A stretch of DNA of 64,000 nt. Source: a virus. The translations under genes were made by a program, and so were the position numbers. Positions 8,170 to 18,483 of this stretch are shown here, one piece after another. The first letter of the stretch is position 1; every line of letters starts with the position of its first letter. Under the pieces are notes generated by a model that saw only the letters and a program-made list of their open reading frames with translations, did no database searches and had not been told where the DNA came from. The stretch spans positions 1 through 64,000 of IMG/VR virus record IMGVR_UViG_3300007513_000013; one strand, written 5' to 3'.

Positions 8170-8182
8170 AAAGAAGTATAAT
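8155..8182 (+). promoter_or_regulatory. sigma70-type promoter
   Basis: TTGACA-16-TATAAT upstream of the SLT gene. Confidence 0.55.
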
Positions 8183-8201
8183 AATAAAAGGAGATTAAAA
8201 A

Positions 8202-8693
8202 ATGCCATTAGCAGAATTATTGTGCCTCTCTATGCTTACTTTGAACATAGGAGGCTCGTACGAAAAAGCATCATTTGCTTGCCAGCAGGCGGATTTGATT
8301 GTAGAGCAGTCCGCAAAATACAAAATAAAACCAGAAATTATCATAGCGATTATTCACCACGAAAGCCGATTTAATCACAAATTAGTCGGCAAATCAAAGG
8401 AGTGTGGGTTGATGCAGATTATACCGAAATACACCGGCAATAAAAAAACCGGCGTACGCAAGTTAAATTGTAATCAATTGCTTGATGCCAAGACAAACAT
8501 CACAGCTGGAATACAATACTTTAATTATTGGCTTCGTAAATATGCCAAGGGCAACTATAAGACAGCTCTTTGTGCATATAACAATAAAGGACAGGCTGCC
8601 AACAAAAAGGGCCTTAGTTATGCAAAAAAGATTTTACGCACTGCGAAAAATATCAAAAGAACAATGCGTGAAATTAAAGAAGATGGATGTTAA
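8202..8693 (+). CDS. lytic transglycosylase (SLT family) with signal/anchor
   Basis: IIHHESRF, GLMQI, AYN motifs. Confidence 0.88.
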   Translation: MPLAELLCLSMLTLNIGGSYEKASFACQQADLIVEQSAKYKIKPEIIIAIIHHESRFNHKLVGKSKECGLMQIIPKYTGNKKTGVRKLNCNQLLDAKTNITAGIQYFNYWLRKYAKGNYKTALCAYNNKGQAANKKGLSYAKKILRTAKNIKRTMREIKEDGC

Positions 8694-9505
8694 CTGACAG
8701 GCTGGTGGTTATAGGCGGCAGCCTAAGTGCCCTGCTGTTTTCACACAAAAACAATCTACCCTTAATAATTAATCACCCAAACATACCACACCGGTTTCAG
8801 AAAATAAACTCTCTCAACATGGCTAGCCTGTGGAAAAAACTATACTTTTCTTTGTCTCTGTCCGGCTTAAACCTCATGGGAGACCAGACAGAGAATCTTC
8901 GCTTGGGAGATGGAGAACTTTTAGCAATTACCAAAAATCTCAAACACTTTAACTTTAAATTTACTGAAGCTTATGTGTTTTGCGACAAAAACATTAACGG
9001 TCTAGACAAGCCATTGAAAAAGGAAAACAACTATGATGTGTTTGATTGGATGATTGCAAAACCCTGTGAAAAACACGACATTGAACACCTAACGTCATCT
9101 GGACCATTGGCCATGGACGTGTATTTTTATCCAACAGAAAGAATGTATGGAATGCACAAAGACCAAAAAGATTTATTAGCAGTGTCTAGTCTTAAGGAAA
9201 AGCAATTAACAGATTTTGAATATTCAGACACCCATACAAGATATAAAGTTTTAAAAATGATGTCCGAAGCAGGAATAAAGGGCAAGAAAAACGGCATATC
9301 ATCTCGTGGTCAAGTTAATTATTTATTAAACCTGGAAGTGCAAAAAAGAGAAATTAAAAAGAGCAAAATGGACTCTTATAAAGACACTCAGTTTCTTAAG
9401 TTTAGATACGACTCTGTTGAATCTTTGCTGGGCGATAAAGATAACTGTCATAAATATAGTTTAAAAATAAATAAGTATTTAAATGGAAAACAAAGCATTT
9501 ATTAA
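8687..9505 (+). CDS. hypothetical protein with N-terminal Rossmann-like motif
   Basis: LVVIGGSLSALL at the N-terminus resembles GxGxxA. Confidence 0.45.
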   Translation: MLTDRLVVIGGSLSALLFSHKNNLPLIINHPNIPHRFQKINSLNMASLWKKLYFSLSLSGLNLMGDQTENLRLGDGELLAITKNLKHFNFKFTEAYVFCDKNINGLDKPLKKENNYDVFDWMIAKPCEKHDIEHLTSSGPLAMDVYFYPTERMYGMHKDQKDLLAVSSLKEKQLTDFEYSDTHTRYKVLKMMSEAGIKGKKNGISSRGQVNYLLNLEVQKREIKKSKMDSYKDTQFLKFRYDSVESLLGDKDNCHKYSLKINKYLNGKQSIY

Positions 9506-10355
9506 CAACAAGTCATTTCACTTGGCCGGAATTGTTCCAATCGCCGGTCAACCGTTGGATTATAACTTTCCATGGCATGATAGTTTGCAGCCAATTGGAA
9601 AAGATTTTCTAGCAGCAGAGCGCGCCGTATGGGAGTGTGCATGCGCAGGTTGTGAGACGATATGGATTGTCTGTCATGATGATATGCAGCCTTTAATAAA
9701 ATATAGGCTAGGCGATTACGTATACGATCCAACACGAAGCGCAGAAAGAGGCAGTCAAAGAATAATACCCTTGCACTTCGTTCCAATTCACCCAAACGAC
9801 AGAGACAAAAGAGATTGTTTGGGCTGGAGTGTGCTTTATGGCGCACTCACTGCATATTGGCTAAGTAGAACCATAAGCCAATGGGTCCAGCCAGACAGAT
9901 ATTATGTTTCTTTTCCATACGGCGTTTACAAACCAGAGCTGGTGATTCCATATCGAACTAAAATATCGAGCAATGAGCCTTTTTGTGTCTCCTACGATAA
10001 AAAAACTGTCAAGGATAACGAGTATCTAGGGTTTACTTTTGACGGAGAAGACTTTAAAGAATGTCGAAGGGTAATTAGAAAAGAAGGAACGGGCCAATTC
10101 CTGAGCAGTGACATGCACAAACGGATGCCAATAGAAGAAAGATGGTCGGCAAGACATTTTAAACTTGACAAAATATTTGAACATGTTAATATGAATGAAG
10201 CTAACATATTATGTACCCCATGGTATTATAATATTGATAGTTGGGATGGGTTATGCGAATTTCTTGGAACAAAAAACAGAAAAGAACTTGACAGACCTAG
10301 CCATAAGATGTTAGGATATCATGAGTGGAATTTAATTGGAGACGAAATTGAGTAA
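9483..10355 (+). CDS. nucleotidyltransferase (NTP-transferase/GT-A fold)-like protein
   Basis: LAGIVPIAG...LQPIG...ERAVWECACAGCETIWIV resembles the sugar-phosphate nucleotidyltransferase N-terminus. Confidence 0.6.
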   Translation: MENKAFINNKSFHLAGIVPIAGQPLDYNFPWHDSLQPIGKDFLAAERAVWECACAGCETIWIVCHDDMQPLIKYRLGDYVYDPTRSAERGSQRIIPLHFVPIHPNDRDKRDCLGWSVLYGALTAYWLSRTISQWVQPDRYYVSFPYGVYKPELVIPYRTKISSNEPFCVSYDKKTVKDNEYLGFTFDGEDFKECRRVIRKEGTGQFLSSDMHKRMPIEERWSARHFKLDKIFEHVNMNEANILCTPWYYNIDSWDGLCEFLGTKNRKELDRPSHKMLGYHEWNLIGDEIE

Positions 10356-13300
10356 AAGTAAAATACCCTTTGTTGGTTTACACGCGCATAGCGTAGCGGG
10401 ATCGCCCTTTGACGGCCTCGGATATCCGCAAGAACATATGGACTATGCCTATGAAAACGGATCAGACGCACTGGCCTTAACTGATCACGGAAATATGAAC
10501 GGAATGGCCTATCAGGTTATTCATGCTAAACAAATGCAAAAAGAAGGCAAAAACTTCAAGCCAATATTTGGAGTTGAGGCGTACTTTCTACCTAGTTTAA
10601 ATGAGTGGAAGAGGGAATATGAGGAAGCAAAGGCCGATAAGAAAAACAAAATTAAAGACAAAGCGCAGCTTGGCACCACTATTGAAGACGAAGACGCCTC
10701 CAAGAAAGAGGTGAAGAACATACTTAATCGCCGTCGCCATCTCATTCTTTTGGCACAAAATCAAGTTGGCCTAAATAATATCTTTAAGATGGTTTCAACA
10801 TCTTTTTCCAAAGAAAACTTTTATAGATTTCCTAGGATTGATTATGCACTACTCAAAAAGCACAATGAAGGCGTAATCGCCGCATCTGCTTGTCTGGGCG
10901 GTGTATATGCTGGGAATTATTGGGAAAACAAAGATAACGGCGAAGATGCTGTCATTGAGGCGATGCGAGAAACCACTCGTAAAATGCTGGATATCTTTGG
11001 AGATCGTTGGTATGGAGAGCTTCAATGGAATAATATTCCAGAACAACACCGGCTAAACAAATACATCATACAGCTTCATTATGAATTTGGCATACCGCTG
11101 ATATCCACTGCGGATAGTCACTATCCCAACCCAACCGCTTGGAAAGATAGAGAACTTTATAGGAAACTTGGGTGGCTTGGAAAAAGCGCTCCTTCGTGGG
11201 CAACATCAGAGTTACCGGCTGGAGTAGAGGAAATTGGATATGAGTTATACCCTAAAAATGGCGATCAAATGTGGGAGTCATATAAGCTTTATTCTGAAAA
11301 GTGTGGCGTAGAATACGATGATGATCTAGTTCGACAATCAATAGAGAACACACATCACATTGCTCACAACAGAATTGAAAGCTTTCTACCAGACAATGAA
11401 GTGAGGCTTCCGGAGTTTGTAGTTCCTGCTGGCACAACAGCCACACAAACTTTAACAAGATTGTGTGCAGATCAGTTGCGCGCAAAAAACCTTTATAGTA
11501 AAGAATATGCGTCTCGCCTGCAAGAAGAGTTAGAGGTCATTAGCGACAGAGGGTTTAGTAAGTATTTTCTTACCATGAATGCAATTGCAGCAAAAGCAAA
11601 CGAAGGTCAATTAACTGGCCCCGGACGAGGTTCTGCTGCAGGCTCTCTAGTTGCGTATGTACTTGGAATCACACAGGTTGATCCAATTAAGTACAATCTT
11701 CTGTTCTCTCGTTTCTTGCGTAGAGACGCTAAGGACTATCCGGATATTGATTACGACGTCTCAGATCCAATGGAACTAAAAGAGACACTAATGGACGATT
11801 GGGGGCATAATACTGTTGTTCCCATCTCAAACTTCAACACTCTACAACTTCGCTCTTTGATTAAAGACATCTCAAAGTTGTACGAGATTCCCTTTACAGA
11901 GGTTAACGCTGTTACATCGAAGATGCTAAACGAAGCAACGCCTCTAGCAAAACGAAAACATGGAATAAAAGCAGGGGTTTACGTGCCCACCTTCGAAGAG
12001 GTTATGGAGTTTTCCGATTCCTTGAAGAGGTTTTTGCAGAAGTATCCGAACGTTGCAAATCATGTTAACGTTTTATATGGTCAGGTACGCTCTGTTTCTA
12101 GACATGCTGGCGGTGTTGTTGTTGGGGAAGATCTGGATCAGCACATGCCACTAATTAATAGTGGTGGGGTAACTCAGACTCCATGGTCGGAAGGTCAAAA
12201 CGTAAGACACCTTGAGCCGATGGGCTTTATTAAGTTCGATATTCTTGGCTTATCAACCCTCAAGATGATTGAGGGCGCCATTGGGCACATTCTTAAGAGG
12301 CATCATGGAATTGAAGAGCCGACGTTTGGTCAAGTTCAAGAGTATTACAATGAGAACTTACACCCAGACACAATCGATCTTACTGATAGTAAGGTGTATG
12401 AAAACGTTTTTCACAAGGGAAAGTGGGCTGGGATATTTCAGTTTACTGAAGCAGGTGCACAAAAGTTCTGCACTAAAGCAAAACCCAACAACATCATTAA
12501 CATTGCCGCTATCACATCTATATATCGACCGGGCCCATTGAGTGCAAATGTGCACGAGAGCTTTGTTGAAGCAAAAGAGAGCCCAAATGATGTTAAGTAC
12601 ACTAATAAAATCGTTGAAGAGGTCACAAAAGAAACATATGGGTTCTTAATCTTTCAGGAACAAATTGCTCTACTGGCGCACAAACTTGGTAAAGATATTA
12701 GTTTGGATGAAGGGAATAAACTTCGCAAGCTTCTGACCAAGAAAGGCACAGGCAAAGTTAGCAAAGAGAAAAGAGAGATTCACGACAAGTTTATTCAAGG
12801 CTGTTGCGAAAAGGGAATGACAGCCAAACAAGGGGAGGCCCTTTGGCAGAAGTTTGAATTCTTCTCGGGATATGGATTTAATAAGTCGCATGCCGTTTCT
12901 TACTCTATCATTTCCTATCAGTGTGCGTGGCTGTTTAATTACTACCCCGCAGAATGGATGGCTGCCTTTCTAGATAAAGAGCCAGAGAGCAGAAAAGAAA
13001 AGGCAATTAATCTTGCGAAGAGGTTCGGTTTTAAGATTCAGCAAATAGATGTTAACAAGTCGGGCTCAGTGTGGGAAATTGCAGCAGACAACAAGACCCT
13101 GATTCAGCCATTAACTTCCTTGAAGGGCTTGGGAGACAAAGCAATTGAACAGGTTGTTAACAATAGGCCATTTAATACTGCCGAAGATTTCTTGTTTAGT
13201 GAAAACATTTTGTATTCCAAGTTGAACAAGAAGGCTCTGGATGCATTGGCGCGCTCCGGAGCACTTGATTCTTTAGTTGATGAAAGATTTACTGGTCTTA

Positions 13301-13767
13301 AGCATTTTTGGTCAGCAGCGGTGGTCCAGAGACCTAAGAATGTGAAAAAGTTCTTAGAGAACATAGAGTTATACCGGCCGGAAGGCGAGTTTACCGACGA
13401 AGAAACAATTGAGAATCTAACATCCTTAACGGGAATATTCCCAATGAATTTGGTGTTGGATGATTCGGTTCTTAAACAATTAAATGACTATTGTGTTCCA
13501 GCACTAGGAGAGTGGGACAACGATTTAGGCGTGGCGTGGTTTATTCCAAGAGAGGTTGTACAAAAGAAAACTAAAAATGGAAAACTGTATTGGATTGTAA
13601 AAACCATTGACAATACTTCAAAGTCACACAGTATTAAATGCTGGGGGGTAGATCCCAATCGCGATGTTATTCACATTAATCACCCCTACATGAGTAAGTT
13701 GGATTACGATGAACAATGGGGGTTTAGTACGAGATCGATTAGATATAATTTTAGAATGTTAGGGTAG
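10336..13767 (+). CDS. dnaE: DNA polymerase III alpha subunit (C-family) with PHP domain
   Basis: HAHS/TDHGN/ADSHY PHP motifs, GRGSAAGS, PDIDYD, KFDILGL, GFNKSHA; start may be TTG 10348. Confidence 0.95.
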   Translation: METKLSKSKIPFVGLHAHSVAGSPFDGLGYPQEHMDYAYENGSDALALTDHGNMNGMAYQVIHAKQMQKEGKNFKPIFGVEAYFLPSLNEWKREYEEAKADKKNKIKDKAQLGTTIEDEDASKKEVKNILNRRRHLILLAQNQVGLNNIFKMVSTSFSKENFYRFPRIDYALLKKHNEGVIAASACLGGVYAGNYWENKDNGEDAVIEAMRETTRKMLDIFGDRWYGELQWNNIPEQHRLNKYIIQLHYEFGIPLISTADSHYPNPTAWKDRELYRKLGWLGKSAPSWATSELPAGVEEIGYELYPKNGDQMWESYKLYSEKCGVEYDDDLVRQSIENTHHIAHNRIESFLPDNEVRLPEFVVPAGTTATQTLTRLCADQLRAKNLYSKEYASRLQEELEVISDRGFSKYFLTMNAIAAKANEGQLTGPGRGSAAGSLVAYVLGITQVDPIKYNLLFSRFLRRDAKDYPDIDYDVSDPMELKETLMDDWGHNTVVPISNFNTLQLRSLIKDISKLYEIPFTEVNAVTSKMLNEATPLAKRKHGIKAGVYVPTFEEVMEFSDSLKRFLQKYPNVANHVNVLYGQVRSVSRHAGGVVVGEDLDQHMPLINSGGVTQTPWSEGQNVRHLEPMGFIKFDILGLSTLKMIEGAIGHILKRHHGIEEPTFGQVQEYYNENLHPDTIDLTDSKVYENVFHKGKWAGIFQFTEAGAQKFCTKAKPNNIINIAAITSIYRPGPLSANVHESFVEAKESPNDVKYTNKIVEEVTKETYGFLIFQEQIALLAHKLGKDISLDEGNKLRKLLTKKGTGKVSKEKREIHDKFIQGCCEKGMTAKQGEALWQKFEFFSGYGFNKSHAVSYSIISYQCAWLFNYYPAEWMAAFLDKEPESRKEKAINLAKRFGFKIQQIDVNKSGSVWEIAADNKTLIQPLTSLKGLGDKAIEQVVNNRPFNTAEDFLFSENILYSKLNKKALDALARSGALDSLVDERFTGLKHFWSAAVVQRPKNVKKFLENIELYRPEGEFTDEETIENLTSLTGIFPMNLVLDDSVLKQLNDYCVPALGEWDNDLGVAWFIPREVVQKKTKNGKLYWIVKTIDNTSKSHSIKCWGVDPNRDVIHINHPYMSKLDYDEQWGFSTRSIRYNFRMLG

Positions 13768-13771
13768 AAAA

Positions 13772-15040
13772 TTGGGAAGAAAGAGAAAAACGACAGAACA
13801 ATTCATCAAACAGGCGCGCAAAGCCCACGGCGACAAATATGATTATTCAAAGGTGGTTTATAAGTCCTATGATTATAAAGTTTGTATAATTTGTCCTAAA
13901 CATGGTGATTTTTGGCAGGTCCCTAATGGGCACACGCGTAAAAAACGCTCGAAACGCCGCGGCCTTAGTGGTTGTGCAAAATGCGGTATAGAATCCGCCG
14001 GTTTGAAACGCAGACTAACTGCAGAAAACTTTATAGAAAAAGCAAAGAAGGTTCATGGTGATAAATATGATTATTCAAAGGTGGTTTATAAAGGCAATCG
14101 ATTCAAGATCTGTATAACTTGTCGCGACCATGGCGAATTTTGGCAGAACGCAGCCAATCATCTTACCGGCTATGGCTGTCCGCCCTGCGGCACACTTCGG
14201 CGCGCACAGAAGACAACAAAAACATCAGAACAGTTTATAGAAGACGCTAGAAAGGTTCATGGCGATAAATATAATTATGACAAGTCAATCTATAAGGGTT
14301 GTTTTGAAGACATTTGTGTGACGTGTCTAAAACATGGAGACTTTTTGCAAGCTGCAAATACCCACCTTAAGGGTAGCGGTTGCAACGATTGTTGGCTAGA
14401 GGATAACATTAAAGCCCAAATAAAAAACAGAAAAACAACAGAAAAATTTATAGAAGAAGCAAAAAAGACTCATGGCGATAAGTATACTTACGAGGATACA
14501 AATTATACAACTGCGCTTAAAAAAGTTTGCATAACTTGTCCTACTCACGGTGGCTTTTGGCAGCTACCAGGCAATCATCTTAAAAATGGCTGCGCACAGT
14601 GCGGCGAACAAAGAAACATTTCAGAAAGTAATGTGAGGGTTGTACTAGAGGAGGTGTTTGGCATTAAACTTCCTAGTAGCTATCCATCATGGTTAATAAA
14701 CCCAAAAACTGATAAAAAACTGCAGTTGGACGGCTATAACGAACAACATAAAATAGCTTTTGAATTTCAAGGCATACAACATTATGAACCAGTAAAAAAC
14801 TGGGGCGGCGAAGAACGGTTGCTAACAATGAGGTATCGCGACAAAATAAAAAACAATCTTTGTTTGCAAAATGATGTAATTCTTGTTAGAATAGATGGTA
14901 GGAAAATACCAAGAAAATATAGAAAAAGCAAGGACCAACTTAAACCTTATATACTAGAGCAACTAAATGGTTTATACAAACACCAGAAACGAGAAATTTT
15001 ACAAAGACTAAAGGAGCAAAATGAACTTAAAAACATATAA
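13772..15040 (+). mobile_element. free-standing endonuclease: repeated Zn-ribbon modules plus PD-(D/E)xK/Vsr-like domain (homing-endonuclease-like)
   Basis: Repeats of F(I)xxA..HGDKYDYSK..I.C..HG.F.Q....H..G.GC..C; C-terminal LQLDGYN...AFEFQGIQHY. Confidence 0.75.
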
Positions 15041-15491
15041 AATAAGAAAAGAAGCCAAGCTCCCAACAAGAGCTTACGAGACTGATGCCGGGATGGATTT
15101 ATATTACTGTCCCAACGGGGATAAGAAGCTGTATGACGAAGATATGAGCTTTCACATACCCCCTAGAGAATCAAGGCTGTTATCAACAGGAATAAAAATG
15201 GAGGTGCCCTATGGACATATGTTGGAAATTAAAAATAAATCAGGAATTGCTTTCAAAAGACAACTTTTGGTTGGGGCTTGTGTTGTGGATCCTGGCTATG
15301 ACGGAGAAATATATGTAAACCTGCATAATGTCGGCACTGAAACTCAAGTGCTCAAGCCGGGCGACAAATTGGCACAAGCTGTTCTCGTACCAATCGTCCA
15401 CTGTGGAATAGAAGAAGTGAGCAGTGATAATATTTTAAACTTTAACTCTGAGCGCGCCAGCGGCGCCTTTGGTTCAACGGGAGAAAGATAA
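15021..15491 (+). CDS. dut: trimeric dUTPase
   Basis: AGMDL, KSG, GACVVDPGYDGEI, KLAQ, RASGAFGSTG. Confidence 0.95.
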   Translation: MNLKTYKIRKEAKLPTRAYETDAGMDLYYCPNGDKKLYDEDMSFHIPPRESRLLSTGIKMEVPYGHMLEIKNKSGIAFKRQLLVGACVVDPGYDGEIYVNLHNVGTETQVLKPGDKLAQAVLVPIVHCGIEEVSSDNILNFNSERASGAFGSTGER

Positions 15492-15994
15492 TGAACGAAA
15501 AAACAACAGATATTATGTTTTCATCTAATAGTGTAGAGTGGGATACTCCACAATTATTTTATGACAAGTTAGATGAAAAGTATAATTTTACTTTAGATCC
15601 TTGCGCTACAAAAAACAGCGCAAAGTGCTGGAAGTATTTTACAAAAGAAGACGACGGCCTGTCACAAGACTGGTCCGGCCACACGGTTTTTATGAATCCT
15701 CCGTACGGAAGGGGAATATCAAAGTGGATTGAGAAGGCCTACACAGAATCAAAAAAGCCAAATACAAAGGTTGTTTGCCTTATTCCTTCTAGAACGGATA
15801 CAAAATACTGGCACAAATATTGTATGAAAGCCGATTTCATTTACTTTATAAAGGGAAGGTTGCAGTTTCAAAATAAGCTTTCTTCGGGAAGTAATTCAGC
15901 ACCCTTTCCCTCTGCAGTAGTAGTTTTTGGTGGAGAGAACATCAACAGATCAATGCTGAACGAGTCAGCAATAGTATTTTCATTGGAGAAATAA
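15491..15994 (+). CDS. phage DNA N6-adenine methyltransferase
   Basis: EWDTP, FTLDPCA, DGLSQDW, FMNPPYG, IKGRL, SAPFPS. Confidence 0.9.
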   Translation: MNEKTTDIMFSSNSVEWDTPQLFYDKLDEKYNFTLDPCATKNSAKCWKYFTKEDDGLSQDWSGHTVFMNPPYGRGISKWIEKAYTESKKPNTKVVCLIPSRTDTKYWHKYCMKADFIYFIKGRLQFQNKLSSGSNSAPFPSAVVVFGGENINRSMLNESAIVFSLEK

Positions 15995-15995
15995 A

Positions 15996-16346
15996 ATGTC
16001 ATCATTAGAAAGAAAGTTCAAAAGAGCAAATAACAAAAAGTCAAAAAAGAAAGCAGAAAAGGAACTGGCCAAAAGAGTAGATTTGTTTGGCAAACTTCCG
16101 GAAAATTGCTTGACTTGTGAGAAAGAGTTTGATAAAAAGAACAAGGAACATGTTTCAACATGGAACGTAATTGTTCGTGAAGAAGAAGAGATTGTTAGAT
16201 TATATTGCCCAGACTGTTGGACGAAGGCAGTCGGCATATTAAATGATTTTGCAGAACACTTAAAAAATAAACTATCAGGAGAGGAGGAAATAAGTGGCAT
16301 CGAAGAACAAACCGAAAACACACGAAACGAAAAAGAAGAAGACTAG
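15996..16346 (+). CDS. hypothetical Zn-binding protein
   Basis: CLTC...CPDC. Confidence 0.6.
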   Translation: MSSLERKFKRANNKKSKKKAEKELAKRVDLFGKLPENCLTCEKEFDKKNKEHVSTWNVIVREEEEIVRLYCPDCWTKAVGILNDFAEHLKNKLSGEEEISGIEEQTENTRNEKEED

Positions 16347-16458
16347 CATTGGTAGTTCAAAGTTTACCAAAAAATATAGCAAAGGCGGCGGCACTGGCGG
16401 CAGCACTCCGAGCAAACTATACAAGAAAAAGTATAGAGGACAGGGGAGAAAAAGATGA
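16294..16458 (+). CDS. 54-aa very basic protein (not in ORF track)
   Basis: GGAGG RBS at 16283, GTG start; ...KKKTSIGSSKFTKK...KKKYRGQGRKR. Confidence 0.65.
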   Translation: MASKNKPKTHETKKKKTSIGSSKFTKKYSKGGGTGGSTPSKLYKKKYRGQGRKR

Positions 16459-16676
16459 ACGACAATGTTAACCACCCAAAACACTATACAATTAATTGGA
16501 AAGGCAATAAAGCCATAGAAACTTATGATTATATCAAGTCCTGGGAGATGGGGTATGCTGAAAGCAACGTTGTTAAATATGTTACGCGGCACCCCTATAA
16601 AGGAAAGTCCCTACAGGACTTGAAGAAAGCGCGCTGGTTTCTAGATAGATTAATAGAAGAAGCGGAGGACAAATGA
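16455..16676 (+). CDS. DUF3310-type small phage protein
   Basis: DNVNHPKHYT...IET..Y....NVVKYVTR...K...DLKKARWFL. Confidence 0.85.
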   Translation: MNDNVNHPKHYTINWKGNKAIETYDYIKSWEMGYAESNVVKYVTRHPYKGKSLQDLKKARWFLDRLIEEAEDK

Positions 16677-16843
16677 AGTCTGGTGATCTCATTAAACATA
16701 AGCGTTCCGATGCTGTTGGGATAATTGTTAAAATCTCCACACAGCAAAAAGAAAAGCTAGCTACTGTGTTTTTTGCTGACAGTAAGAAGCCAAGCAGCGC
16801 GCCCCTAAAAATATTAGAAGAAAACTGGGAGGTTGTAAAGTGA
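16673..16843 (+). CDS. small MKxGDLV-family protein (56 aa, not in ORF track)
   Basis: MKSGDLIKHK..GIIVK...WEVVK. Confidence 0.6.
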   Translation: MKSGDLIKHKRSDAVGIIVKISTQQKEKLATVFFADSKKPSSAPLKILEENWEVVK

Positions 16844-17871
16844 TAGATAAAAAAGAGGCTCTAACTTATGATGATGTTTTGTTGATACCTCAGTACTCAG
16901 ATATTAAAAGCAGAAAAGAGATTGATATTGGAAACGATCTAGGTCAATCTTTGCATTTAAATTTACCAATTATATCTGCACCGATGGATACTGTGACCGA
17001 AAGCACAATGGCAATTGCCATGCATCACGCAGGAGGCTTAGGAATTATACATAGGTACAACCCAATCAAAAAACAGGCTTTCCTTGTCCGTGATGCCAGT
17101 GTTGAAGGAGGGTGTACAGTTGGTGCTGCAATCGGAGTGACTGACGATTTTGAAGAACGTGCATGTTCCTTGTATGATGCTGGGGCAAGGGTTCTTTGCG
17201 TTGATGTAGCTCATGGGCATCATGCTTTAGTAGAACGAGCGATCAAAACACTAAGAGATGTTTTTGGAGATGAGTTACACATTATGGCCGGAAATGTTGC
17301 AACGCCAGAAGGATACAGAGCACTATCTAATTGGGGAGCAGACAGCGTTAGGTGTAATGTTGGCGGTGGATCCATTTGCTCTACAAGAATTCAAACAGGG
17401 CACGGCATCCCCGGACTACAAACTATTATAGACTGTTCGCAGTATAAGGCAAAAAGAGCAAAGATTATTGCTGATGGGGGAATTAGAAGTTCCGGAGACA
17501 TGGTTAAGGCAATTGCCGCAGGAGCAGATTTTGTTATGGTCGGTTCCCTTTTGGCTGGCACCGATCAGTCTCCGGGAGAGTTGATTAATAGCGTCTCTGG
17601 GTTAAAGAATAAAGTTTATAGAGGGATGGCCAGCAAAGAGGCTCAATTTGACTGGAAGGGCCAATATTCTTCAAACGAGGGAATATCAACTACGATTCCA
17701 TATAAGGGAGATGTACAAAATGTGCTTGAAGATATGAAAAACGGAATCCGTTCGGGCTTGTCTTATTCTGGTTGCAGAGACATTGTTGAATTTCAATTAA
17801 ATGCGATACTCATTAGACAAACTTCAGCTGGATTGGTTGAAAGCGGCACTCACATTTTAGGGAGTCGTTAG
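16840..17871 (+). CDS. guaB: IMP dehydrogenase / GMP reductase (no CBS subdomain)
   Basis: [26 protein letters not shown] catalytic Cys, IIADGGI, YRGMAS, SGLSYSG. Confidence 0.85.
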   Translation: MIDKKEALTYDDVLLIPQYSDIKSRKEIDIGNDLGQSLHLNLPIISAPMDTVTESTMAIAMHHAGGLGIIHRYNPIKKQAFLVRDASVEGGCTVGAAIGVTDDFEERACSLYDAGARVLCVDVAHGHHALVERAIKTLRDVFGDELHIMAGNVATPEGYRALSNWGADSVRCNVGGGSICSTRIQTGHGIPGLQTIIDCSQYKAKRAKIIADGGIRSSGDMVKAIAAGADFVMVGSLLAGTDQSPGELINSVSGLKNKVYRGMASKEAQFDWKGQYSSNEGISTTIPYKGDVQNVLEDMKNGIRSGLSYSGCRDIVEFQLNAILIRQTSAGLVESGTHILGSR

Positions 17872-18197
17872 TGTCAGTTGAGTATGGGAAAACAAGAAAA
17901 AAGATTTGTTTTGACAGTCATGACAAGTTACATGCAGATTTAAAAATACGCTTACATTATGATGGCGTTAAAATAAGAGAGTTTTTTAATGGAATGGTTC
18001 AAGCTTATTTGGACAAAAACTCTCACATGATGTCTCTTGTTGAAGAAATAAAAGAGAACAAGAGCATTTCTAAAACTCGGCGGAAAAAAGTTAAACTTGC
18101 CAATCTTAAAGAAAAAGAAACAATTAACAAATTCGCCTTAAGTGAAGATGAGATAGAAAACATATTTGATATACTAGAAAAGGAGTTAGATAAATGA
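17871..18197 (+). CDS. hypothetical protein
   Basis: 108 aa, coupled to flanking genes. Confidence 0.6.
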   Translation: MSVEYGKTRKKICFDSHDKLHADLKIRLHYDGVKIREFFNGMVQAYLDKNSHMMSLVEEIKENKSISKTRRKKVKLANLKEKETINKFALSEDEIENIFDILEKELDK

Positions 18198-18424
18198 TAA
18201 AATGTGCTGAATCGTGCTACTTAAAAAGTAGCAGTTGTAAAAATAAAGATTGTCGCCTTTGGCTAGATTATGACGAAGACTTAAATTGTACGATAATCGC
18301 TTCAAAAAAGAATCCAGAGATGACATATAAAGAGATTTCAAAAAGGCTAAACATTAGTATCGTGAGAGCAAAGCAGATTCATGATAAGGCCTTACAAAAA
18401 TTGAAACAAATTGCTCTTTTCTAA
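18194..18424 (+). CDS. Cys-rich N-terminus plus sigma70 region-4-like HTH
   Basis: MTYKEISKRLNISIVRAKQIHDKALQKLK. Confidence 0.7.
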   Translation: MIKCAESCYLKSSSCKNKDCRLWLDYDEDLNCTIIASKKNPEMTYKEISKRLNISIVRAKQIHDKALQKLKQIALF

Positions 18425-18483
18425 TTTGGAGAACTAATTACTTAAGAAATTAGAATCTTTTGTCTAAAAAGGAGAAGTTATTC

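Noticed and set aside
10336-13767. Possible intein or intron in dnaE (and in nrdJ, dnaB)
   Set aside because: Lengths are normal, the motifs are contiguous, and no intein-like C/S...HN junctions were seen
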